From contig OZ007032.1 of the NCBI GenBank assembly GCA_963931615.1, positions 458,612-522,611 on the forward strand: DNA of 64,000 bases. The letters run 5' to 3'. The first letter of the stretch is position 1; each line of letters begins with the position of its first letter. The DNA is from an uncultured Alistipes sp. Its GTDB lineage: Bacteria; Bacteroidota; Bacteroidia; Bacteroidales; UBA932. A program made the translations under genes and the position numbers. Under the pieces are notes generated by a model, which saw only the letters and a program-made list of their open reading frames with translations, was not told the DNA's origin and did not search any database. Below are positions 49,257 to 57,199 of this stretch, one piece after another.

Positions 49257-51026
49257 TTATTTGACGTCCAGTCCCAGGTCCTTGACCAGTTCGTTCAGCT
49301 CAGGCTGCTTGGCTGCCAGAAACTTGGCTTTGTCCACCGGCATGTATGGAGTGGTGTCCTTATGCCCGGAGGGGGATTCGTAGATCTGGACGTCTATTTT
49401 TACTTTACTGTTTCTCAATTCCTTGCGTAGTGCCGCTTCCATCCTTGTGAGGGCTTTCTCCCGGATCCATTCCTGCTGGGCGCTGTTGCTCACGAAGAAT
49501 GTCAGTACGGTGGTCTCAATATCTATGCCGGGACTGCGGTGGAGCATGGCGGTGGCCAGGGAGCTGCGGCCCGAGGACTTCTCCCGGTCGGCCAGGGCCT
49601 GCCAGGCGTTCATCATGGATTCGAAGGTCAGAGGCTCGTCGGTCAGGGCGGCTGCATCTGCGGCGGCACCTGTGGCACTTTGTTGCTCTGCTCGGGATAT
49701 CAGGTTCTTCAGGGACAATCCGGGGAGTTTCGCTGTGGGTTGTGACTGGGCCGGATGTTGCGGAATCTTCGTGGGTGCCGGTTCTGGGACCTGTTCAGGA
49801 ACTGGTTCTGGTGCTGAGGAAACTGGCTGGGGGGGCCGGTCTGCTGATGCGGCTGCCGTGGTTGTCGCCTGTGCCGGTGGTGCAGGCTGTTGTGCGGCGG
49901 TCTGCGGTGCTGCCGGCTGAGGCTGCAGGGCCGCGGCCGCCTTCTCCGCCAGCCGCATCAGGGCGAACTCGATGAGCAGCCGCTGGTTGCCGCTCTGACG
50001 GTAGGACGCCTCGCATGACATTGTAATATTGAGCGAGGAGAAGATGAACTGGACGGAGCACCTTGCCGCCTGTTCCCGGTACCGCTCGATGAGCGAGGGA
50101 GGCAGCGACAGCAGGGCCGAGCCGTGGGAGTTCTTGCATACCAGCAGATCCCGGAGGTGGGAGCTCAGGCCCGATACGAAGTAGAGGGCATTGAACCCCT
50201 TTGAGAGAATCTCGTCCAGGAGCAGGAGGGAGGAGGTGTAGTCTCCCGAGAGCGAATTGTCTATTATTTTGAAATAATACTCGTAGTCCAGGACGTTGAG
50301 GTCGCGGATGACGTCCTCGTAGCGGACTTCCTTCCCGCAGAAGGCCACTATCTGGTCAAATATCGTGAGGGCGTCCCTCATGGCCCCGTCGGCCTTGACG
50401 GCGATGACGTGCAGGCTCTCGCTGTCTATGGTGATGCCCTCCTTGGAGGCTATGTCCGTGAGGTTGCGCACGATGTCGGGGACGCTGATGCGGTTGAAGT
50501 CGAAGGTCTGGCAGCGGGAGAGGATGGTCGGCAGTATCTTGTGCTTCTCGGTGGTGGCCAGGATGAAGATGGCGTGGGCGGGCGGTTCCTCGAGGGTCTT
50601 GAGGAAGGCGTTGAAAGCCGCGGACGAGAGCATGTGCACCTCGTCGATGATGTAGACGCTGTACTTGCCGACCTGGGGCGGGATGCGGACCATGTCGGTG
50701 AGGTTGCGGATGTCGTCCACGGAGTTGTTGGAGGCCGCGTCGAGCTCATGGATGCAGTAGGAGCGGCCCTCGGCGAAGGACAGGCAGGACTCGCACTTGC
50801 CGCAGGGCTCCATATCGGGGCCCGGGTTGAGGCAGTTGATGGACTTGGCGAATATCCTGGCAGTGGTGGTCTTGCCCACTCCGCGCGGTCCGCAGAAAAG
50901 GTAGGCGTGGGCCAGCTGCCCCCTGATGATGGAGTTCTTCAGGGTCCTGGCGATGTTCTCCTGGCCGATGAGCGACTCGAAAGTGTCGGGCCGATATTTC
51001 CTGGCTGATACTATAAACTGTTCCAT
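49257..51026 (-). CDS. dnaX: DNA polymerase III subunit gamma/tau
   Basis: The ATG at 51026 gives MEQFIVSARKYRPDTF. Also GPRGVGKTT, a Zn module CGKCESC, and IIDEVHML. There is a P/A/Q-rich linker in the C-terminal half. The track start at 51044 is a TTG. Confidence 0.93.
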   Translation of the reverse strand: MEQFIVSARKYRPDTFESLIGQENIARTLKNSIIRGQLAHAYLFCGPRGVGKTTTARIFAKSINCLNPGPDMEPCGKCESCLSFAEGRSYCIHELDAASNNSVDDIRNLTDMVRIPPQVGKYSVYIIDEVHMLSSAAFNAFLKTLEEPPAHAIFILATTEKHKILPTILSRCQTFDFNRISVPDIVRNLTDIASKEGITIDSESLHVIAVKADGAMRDALTIFDQIVAFCGKEVRYEDVIRDLNVLDYEYYFKIIDNSLSGDYTSSLLLLDEILSKGFNALYFVSGLSSHLRDLLVCKNSHGSALLSLPPSLIERYREQAARCSVQFIFSSLNITMSCEASYRQSGNQRLLIEFALMRLAEKAAAALQPQPAAPQTAAQQPAPPAQATTTAAASADRPPQPVSSAPEPVPEQVPEPAPTKIPQHPAQSQPTAKLPGLSLKNLISRAEQQSATGAAADAAALTDEPLTFESMMNAWQALADREKSSGRSSLATAMLHRSPGIDIETTVLTFFVSNSAQQEWIREKALTRMEAALRKELRNSKVKIDVQIYESPSGHKDTTPYMPVDKAKFLAAKQPELNELVKDLGLDVK

Positions 51027-51056
51027 AACTCGAATAACTGCCAAAGATACGGAAAC

Positions 51057-51072
51057 TGCCGGAATTCCGGCA
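51057..51072. promoter_or_regulatory. Perfect 16-bp palindrome in the dnaX / response-regulator divergent region
   Basis: TGCCGGAATTCCGGCA is its own reverse complement. It lies 10 nt upstream of the TATATTTG box and 31 nt from the dnaX ATG. Confidence 0.4.
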
Positions 51073-51081
51073 TTAAAGTTG

Positions 51082-51089
51082 TATATTTG
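51082..51089 (+). promoter_or_regulatory. Putative -7 box (TATATTTG) for the response-regulator gene
   Basis: Exact TAnnTTTG match 23 nt upstream of the ATG at 51113. Confidence 0.3.
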
Positions 51090-51112
51090 TCGGATTGAAA
51101 ATCAGAAATGCG

Positions 51113-52270
51113 ATGAAAGTACTTATCATAGACGACGAGCGGAGCATCCGCAACACTCTCAAGGAGATTCTCGAGTTCGAAGGACATCAGATAACGCTGG
51201 CTGAGGACGGAGCGGCAGGGCTGGAGGCGGCATCCGCCGGCAGTTTCGACGTGATATTCTGCGACATCAAGATGCCCGGAATGGACGGAGTGGAGGTGCT
51301 GGACAAGCTCGCCGAGAGCGGCAACGAGACTCCGGTCGTGATGATTTCGGGCCACGGCTCGATAGATACGGCGGTGGAGTGCATCAAGAAGGGTGCATTC
51401 GACTTCATTCAGAAGCCGCTGGACCTGAACAGGATACTGATCACTCTGAAAAATGCTACGGACAAGGGCTCCCTCGTCCGCGAGACCAAGATCCTCAAGA
51501 AGAAGGTCGGCGGGGTGCAGGAGATTATCGGCGAGTCGCCGGCCATCGTCCGTATCAAGAACATGATAGACCGGGTGGCCCCGACCGACGCCAGGGTGCT
51601 CATCACAGGTGCCAATGGTACCGGAAAAGAACTGGTGGCCAGATGGCTGCACGAGAAGAGCGACAGGGCTTCGATGCCTTTCATCGAGGTCAACTGCGCG
51701 GCCATCCCCAGCGAGCTGATAGAGAGCGAGCTCTTCGGTCACGAGAAGGGCGCCTTCACCGGGGCTCAGAAACAGCATAAGGGCAAGTTCGAGCAGGCCG
51801 ACGGCGGCACTCTCTTCCTGGACGAGATAGGCGACATGTCCCTCGCGGCCCAGGCCAAGGTCCTCCGCGTGCTGCAGGAGAACAAGCTGACCAAGGTCGG
51901 CGGCGACAAGGACATCACCGTGAATGTCAGGGTCGTGGCCGCCACCAACAAGAATCTGAAGGAGGAAATCGAGAAAGGCAACTTCCGCGAGGACCTCTAC
52001 CACCGTATCAGCGTCATCGTCATCCGCGTGCCGTCACTGGCCGAGAGAAGGGAAGATATTCCGATGCTTATCGACCATTTTATCAAGCAGATATCCCAGG
52101 AGTCCGGCAAGCCGGTCAAGGAGATAGACGCCGACGCCGTCGAGGAACTCTGCAACCACGCCTGGAGCGGCAACATCCGCGAGCTGCGCAACGTCGTGGA
52201 GCGTCTGCTGATACTTTCCAATGCCCGCATCACTAAGGACGACGTGATGATGTTCGCCCTGCCCAACTAG
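51113..52270 (+). CDS. Sigma54-dependent response regulator (REC + AAA+), NtrX/NtrC-like, without a C-terminal HTH
   Basis: MKVLIIDDE. Phospho-acceptor context FDVIFCDIKMPGMDG (Asp codon 51263..51265). Walker A GANGTGKE. An exact GAFTGA loop (51749..51766). The protein ends 17 aa after RELRNVVERLLILS. Confidence 0.88.
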   Translation: MKVLIIDDERSIRNTLKEILEFEGHQITLAEDGAAGLEAASAGSFDVIFCDIKMPGMDGVEVLDKLAESGNETPVVMISGHGSIDTAVECIKKGAFDFIQKPLDLNRILITLKNATDKGSLVRETKILKKKVGGVQEIIGESPAIVRIKNMIDRVAPTDARVLITGANGTGKELVARWLHEKSDRASMPFIEVNCAAIPSELIESELFGHEKGAFTGAQKQHKGKFEQADGGTLFLDEIGDMSLAAQAKVLRVLQENKLTKVGGDKDITVNVRVVAATNKNLKEEIEKGNFREDLYHRISVIVIRVPSLAERREDIPMLIDHFIKQISQESGKPVKEIDADAVEELCNHAWSGNIRELRNVVERLLILSNARITKDDVMMFALPN

Positions 52271-55200
52271 GTGTAGTCCTCAGAAACCTCGGTGTGCATC
52301 GGCAGTATTACGGTGAAGTCCGCACCACCCAGTTTCTGCGATTTGGAGTAGTAGATGTCGCCGTGACTTTGGGTGACGATGCTCTTGCAGATGGCCAGAC
52401 CGAGGCCGGAACCTTTGGTTTTGGTAGTGAAGTTAGGGCTGAACAGTTTGCCCAGGTTCTCTTCTGAGACACCGCTGCCGTTGTCCTCGATGTCTATGCG
52501 GTATCGGCCAGTAGACATTATGAGCGTAATGTCTATGATGCCTTGTTCCTTGCTTTCCACTGCCTGGATAGCATTGGTTATCAGATTTACGAATGTCCTT
52601 GTTATCTGCTCTTTTCTTGCCAGGACGACGGCTTTTTCTACGGTACGGTGGAAATTCATCTGTATGTTGTCCCGGTTGTCGAACAGGATTTTCTGTTCTG
52701 TGAGAATTTCCACAAGATCGACTTCCGTTTCTTCTTCTTTGTAGAGCTTGGCGAAGCTGGAGAACTCGCTGGCCGTGTTGGACAGGATGTCTATCTGCTC
52801 TATGAGCGAGGAGGCGAGGGCCTCGAAGCGGTCCTGCCATTCTGGTCTGCCCTGCATTTTCATGCGCACGAGATGCTGTATGCTCAGTTTCATGGGAGTG
52901 AGCGGGTTCTTGATCTCATGGGCTATCTGGCGGGCCATCTGGCTCCATGCCTGTTCCCTTTCGCTCTGGGCCAGTTCTTTGGCACTGCGGTCGAGGTCAT
53001 CTATCATCTGGTTGTAGGTCTTGACGAGCAGACCCAGCTCATCGTCAGCCTTGTAGTTGATATGCCCTACCTTGTGTGTGATGTCCATGGCCTGCATGTT
53101 GCGGCTGATTTCTTTCAGTGGCCTGGTGATGGAGTTGGACATGGTGATGCCCACGAAGAGGGCTATGATGATGAGCAGCAGATAGAGGTTGACAATAGCG
53201 GCTATAATGGGAGTTGCGTCATACTCGAAGTTGGTGTCGTTGATGAAGAACGGAATGTTGGCGATAGCCAGCAGAATACCTTTCTCATTATAAATGGGTG
53301 TGTAGAGGGAATAGTAGGACAGCGTCGAGATATGTTCTTCCTGGATGACCTGCATGCGCTTGTTGTAGACGAGTTCGGAGTAGGCCTCCGAGTTCATCCT
53401 GGAACTTGCCAGGTATTCGTTGAATATATCGGGCTTGGTGGTTCTTATCAGTCGTCCGTGCGGATCGAAAAGATTGATGTCAACCTGTGAATTTTGGGAA
53501 ACAGCGTTCATCGCGCTGAATACTTCGGCAGTATTGAGGGCATCGTAGTTCTCGGTGGTCCGGGTCATTTTTGTCAGTGCTCCTTGTACGGAAAGCATTG
53601 CCTCCTCCATCATCATATTGTTGTTCCCGTTGATGTAGCCGATGATTATGACGACACTGCCGATGGCCATGAGGATCAAAGCGCCTACCATTGACGCAGT
53701 GAGCAGTACTGTCATTTTCATACGGAATGACCGTTTGGGCCGGAACAGTGATTCGCGGTGCCGTTTACGGAAAAGTCTGGGCAGGGCCATTATCAGCAGA
53801 CCGAAGGTCAGCAACACATAGGAGAATGAGATGAGGGTGGGGAAGATGCCTCTGGTCGGCCGGCTGACGGTGATCATGTTAGTACCGGGAAGCTTGTTTA
53901 TAAACAGTACGGTCTCATCCAGGAAGTAGTGTGAGAAGCCCTCCTCGAAACTGTAGACGTTGATGGATACCGGGAAATTGTACCTGCCCTGGTGGCTGGT
54001 GAGCCTGCCGTTGTGGTATTTTGCGACGGAGTAAGGGTAACGTACGGTATTGGATGCCGGATTCAGGTTGTCGAGCAGGGCAGACGGATAGCCGATGTTG
54101 TCCGAACTGGTTTTGGAGTCGATTTCCAGATACAGGTCGTAGCGCATGTTGCCGCGGATGATACTGAAAGCGCCGAGATAGCTGATGCTGTTGCGGAAAT
54201 AGTCCAGATAGTAGAATGCCGAACTTTCCGACAGTTTCACTCCGTAGTTGTCAATGATGTCCTTGTAGTAGCTGAAGCAGTTGACAGGACCGGAATAGTC
54301 TTCTGTCAGAATGCTCTGGTAGCGGTTGCAGACAGCAAGGCGTATATCGTATTCAGAAAGTATGTTGAAGAAATACCGTTCTGCGAGCCTGTTGAGTATG
54401 GTGTTCTCATATTCGGGATTTCCGGTCAGGCGGCGTACCAGAGGATCCGTGATTATGCTCTTCTCTATAGCCTGCAGCTGCATTTCCAGACCAAGGTCCC
54501 TTTCTATGGCCAGGCGGCCGGTGAGGACGCGGATATTCTCGCACTCTTTTTCGAAACTGAAGACGCCTACGCAAGTTGTAATATAAGCGGAGGCCAGCAG
54601 TACATATCCCAGTATCAGCCGTTTGGAATGCCGTTTGCGCTTGTGCCGGTACAGTCCGCTGGCAGTCGGAACGAATATGTTGAGAAGCAGGAGCCCGGCC
54701 AGGAACAGTAATCCGTACATTATGAATGTTATTATGGTATAGACGGATATGTTGTTGATCTGGAATAGGTCGAAGTTGATGCCCGAGTTGAGGATGAGAG
54801 ACCGGAATGTAGTGTGGATGTACGCTCCCAATGCGATGATGGCCAGTCCCAACGAAGCGGTCTTGATGTTGCGTGCCGGTCGGGGAGAGTTCCAGATGTC
54901 TTTGATAATATTTTTACGGGAAGTATAAGTAGCTATGCAGTAAAGCAGTACGAATATGTGGAATACCATGAGAGCTCCGAAGGAATTGAAATTTCCGTCG
55001 GCATACAGCATCGGGGAGAACAGCTCTGTGTCCAGAGGTATGTCCTTTGTCATCATGAAGGAGCATAGCTGCATGATGAAAATCCCTCCGAGTGAGAAAT
55101 ACAGTGAGACGATGTTTTTATACCGGTTGTGGAAGGACAGAATGGCTATCAGGGCCAGGAGCATGGCTGCCCACCGCATTCCGGACGATCGGTGATAGCT

Positions 55201-55863
55201 GTTGTTAAGACTCTCATTCTTCAGAAGAGAAAAAACGGGTGTGCCGTCTGAGGCGTATATTACGTTGGTGTCGTCGATATACACCGGGACGGTAGTGTAT
55301 GAGCCTGTGAGACCGATATGCCTGTTGACGGAGTTGTGCAGTACAGTGTTCTCGGAAGTGTACTGCGTCATAACCTCTATTGCTCCTATTATCCGGATAT
55401 TGTCCTTGTAGAATGTTTTTACGATATACCAGGAGTTGCCGAGATTGACATACTGTACACCGTCTTCCAAAAATGCCAGGGGAAGATTGAACATGTTCCG
55501 GTTGTGCAGATCGTGGATGCGGTACCATGAGGAGGAAACAGAAATATCGTCGTTGCTGATAGGAAATGTGTTGGCCCAGCTTTGAAGTTTTCCTCCCACG
55601 TAGCGGTAGAGCACCATGTCCTCAGGGAAATCCTCGAATTCCAACCATTCATCAGCAGGTGCGGTAAAAGCTCTGTCGATGTACTTCTGCAGGTTTTTCT
55701 CCCGTTTATGAAGCATTTTCTCCACTCTGTCCACCCTCTTCCAGGAAGATGTGGCGTCCATGTGGAAAAAAGAGAGCAGGAAGCACAACAAAGCAAGTGT
55801 CCAGAAAATGGAAATCCGGTTTCTGGATATTAGTCGCTGTGTATTTTTTAAAAAGGATCTCAT
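52267..55863 (-). CDS. Very large multi-pass sensor histidine kinase with an NtrY-like core
   Basis: 1198 aa with about 10 predicted TM helices. HAMP-like segment after the last TM. H-box ARQIAHEIKNPLTPM (His codon 52918..52920). HATPase N/G boxes NLITNAIQA, DNGSGV and GSGLGLAI. Confidence 0.88.
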   Translation of the reverse strand: MRSFLKNTQRLISRNRISIFWTLALLCFLLSFFHMDATSSWKRVDRVEKMLHKREKNLQKYIDRAFTAPADEWLEFEDFPEDMVLYRYVGGKLQSWANTFPISNDDISVSSSWYRIHDLHNRNMFNLPLAFLEDGVQYVNLGNSWYIVKTFYKDNIRIIGAIEVMTQYTSENTVLHNSVNRHIGLTGSYTTVPVYIDDTNVIYASDGTPVFSLLKNESLNNSYHRSSGMRWAAMLLALIAILSFHNRYKNIVSLYFSLGGIFIMQLCSFMMTKDIPLDTELFSPMLYADGNFNSFGALMVFHIFVLLYCIATYTSRKNIIKDIWNSPRPARNIKTASLGLAIIALGAYIHTTFRSLILNSGINFDLFQINNISVYTIITFIMYGLLFLAGLLLLNIFVPTASGLYRHKRKRHSKRLILGYVLLASAYITTCVGVFSFEKECENIRVLTGRLAIERDLGLEMQLQAIEKSIITDPLVRRLTGNPEYENTILNRLAERYFFNILSEYDIRLAVCNRYQSILTEDYSGPVNCFSYYKDIIDNYGVKLSESSAFYYLDYFRNSISYLGAFSIIRGNMRYDLYLEIDSKTSSDNIGYPSALLDNLNPASNTVRYPYSVAKYHNGRLTSHQGRYNFPVSINVYSFEEGFSHYFLDETVLFINKLPGTNMITVSRPTRGIFPTLISFSYVLLTFGLLIMALPRLFRKRHRESLFRPKRSFRMKMTVLLTASMVGALILMAIGSVVIIIGYINGNNNMMMEEAMLSVQGALTKMTRTTENYDALNTAEVFSAMNAVSQNSQVDINLFDPHGRLIRTTKPDIFNEYLASSRMNSEAYSELVYNKRMQVIQEEHISTLSYYSLYTPIYNEKGILLAIANIPFFINDTNFEYDATPIIAAIVNLYLLLIIIALFVGITMSNSITRPLKEISRNMQAMDITHKVGHINYKADDELGLLVKTYNQMIDDLDRSAKELAQSEREQAWSQMARQIAHEIKNPLTPMKLSIQHLVRMKMQGRPEWQDRFEALASSLIEQIDILSNTASEFSSFAKLYKEEETEVDLVEILTEQKILFDNRDNIQMNFHRTVEKAVVLARKEQITRTFVNLITNAIQAVESKEQGIIDITLIMSTGRYRIDIEDNGSGVSEENLGKLFSPNFTTKTKGSGLGLAICKSIVTQSHGDIYYSKSQKLGGADFTVILPMHTEVSEDYT

Positions 55864-55872
55864 TGGCAGAGG

Positions 55873-56346
55873 TTATTCATTATGATAAGGCTCGCCTCTG
55901 ATTATGGTCATGGCCCTGTACAGCTGCTCTGTGAAAAAGAGGCGGATAATCTGGTGTGAGAATGTCATGTCTGACAGGGAGAGAGTTTCGGCGGCGGCGG
56001 CCTTTATTTTGGGTGAGAATCCCCATGCTCCTCCGATAACGAATACCAGGCTGCGGCAGCCAGTATCCGCCAGATGGCTCAGACGTGCGGCCCACGCGGT
56101 GGATGAGTATCTCTGTCCCCTCTCGTCCAGCAGCACAACACGGTCTCCTTCCTTGATTTTTTTGAGGATGAGGATGCCTTCTTTCTCTTTTACCTCTTCC
56201 GGTGTGAGGGACGATGTTCCGCTGAGCGCCGGAATCTCGATCCTGGTGTAACTTAGATACCGGCCTATGCGTTTTTCGTACATGGCCATACCTTCCTTGA
56301 CGAAGTCAAAACTGGTTTTACCTACTGTTATCAGGGTGATTTTCAT
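55873..56346 (-). CDS. rlmH: 23S rRNA (pseudouridine1915-N3)-methyltransferase
   Basis: 157 aa SPOUT protein. Starts MKITLITVGK and ends ..IIRGEPYHNE. Confidence 0.9.
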   Translation of the reverse strand: MKITLITVGKTSFDFVKEGMAMYEKRIGRYLSYTRIEIPALSGTSSLTPEEVKEKEGILILKKIKEGDRVVLLDERGQRYSSTAWAARLSHLADTGCRSLVFVIGGAWGFSPKIKAAAAETLSLSDMTFSHQIIRLFFTEQLYRAMTIIRGEPYHNE

Positions 56347-56439
56347 GCTGTCAGCTAATTCTGCCTACAAATGTAGCAAAATTTGCACCATGATTGGCCT
56401 GAATTTTGCTAATGAGTGAACAAAAATAGGAATAAAACG

Positions 56440-56862
56440 ATGAACAGGTTGGTTTTAATACTTGGACTTCTGTCTTTTCTCCCTATGACGGTGTCTGCAC
56501 AGAATATGGTGCAGGTGAGTACCGACAGTGCGGGGGAGAGCAGTGTTTTCGTTCCTATTGCTAAGTATCTGCAAAGAGGTGATGCAGAATGTCTTGCTGC
56601 ATGGTTCGCGGAGAATTTACAGGTCAATGTGATGGGCACGGTCTCCAACTGCAGCAGATCCCAGGCCCGGCAGATTATCCGCAACTTCTTCACCAACTAT
56701 ACTCCGCGCAACTTCGAGATAGTCTACAAGAGCGGTACCTATCCTATGGAGTATGCCGTAGGCAATCTGGACAGCGGCGGCAATATCTTCACGGTCACGA
56801 TTCTCGTCAAGACCAACGACGCCGGGAACTATATCGAGCAGCTCAAAATCGAAAAACAGTAG
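56440..56862 (+). CDS. Exported DUF4783-like protein
   Basis: The ATG at 56440 gives MNRLVLILGLLSFLPMTVSAQ. The track start at 56416 is a GTG. The family call is from memory of the motif pattern AWFAENL...RSQARQIIRNFF. Confidence 0.6.
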   Translation: MNRLVLILGLLSFLPMTVSAQNMVQVSTDSAGESSVFVPIAKYLQRGDAECLAAWFAENLQVNVMGTVSNCSRSQARQIIRNFFTNYTPRNFEIVYKSGTYPMEYAVGNLDSGGNIFTVTILVKTNDAGNYIEQLKIEKQ

Positions 56863-56993
56863 TAAACGCTTCAGAGCGGCGAACTGCTGCGTTGTCTGCG
56901 GTATCGCGGCTCGGTCATTTACGCTCAGTAAACTCCCTCGCCGCGAACCTTGAACCTTGACGCCTTGCATTTTACCCGCTCTGAAGCGTTTAC
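56862..56993. repeat. Perfect 18-bp inverted repeat flanking a 96-nt spacer
   Basis: GTAAACGCTTCAGAGCGG (56862..56879) and CCGCTCTGAAGCGTTTAC (56976..56993) are exact reverse complements. The left arm begins at the last base of the upstream stop codon. Confidence 0.8.
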
Positions 56994-56997
56994 GAGT

Positions 56998-57026
56998 ACC
57001 GCAATGGCAGAGAATTGCGGTTTTTT
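56998..57026 (+). terminator. Rho-independent terminator
   Basis: An 8-bp stem, accgcaat (56998..57005) pairing with attgcggt (57014..57021), with an 8-nt loop and then T6. Confidence 0.6.
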
Positions 57027-57089
57027 CTGCCGTTGTGGAGGTGGAACGGAAGGACAATGCCTTCCAGAAGGCTTGTAGAGTGGGTGCGG

Positions 57090-57142
57090 CGAAAAAGATA
57101 ATACCGCAACGGCAGGCAAATACGGGAAATGCTGTCGTTGTG
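57090..57142 (-). terminator. Possible terminator hairpin downstream of der
   Basis: ccgcaacggcag (57103..57114) pairs with ctgtcgttgtgg (57131..57142) at 10 of 12 positions. On the minus strand the stem is followed by TATTATCTTTTT. Confidence 0.35.
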
Positions 57143-57199
57143 GAAGAGGTTAGAATTCGAAAAGGGAGGTGCGTCAGATCGCCCGCTATGACGCGCCGA

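Noticed and set aside
49257-51026. Possible programmed -1 frameshift site in dnaX (the gamma/tau split known from E. coli).
   Set aside because: I did not see an A-AAA-AAG-type slippery heptamer followed by a hairpin in the coding strand. The P/A/Q-rich segment (about 49694..49919) is just a flexible linker. I could not scan exhaustively by eye.
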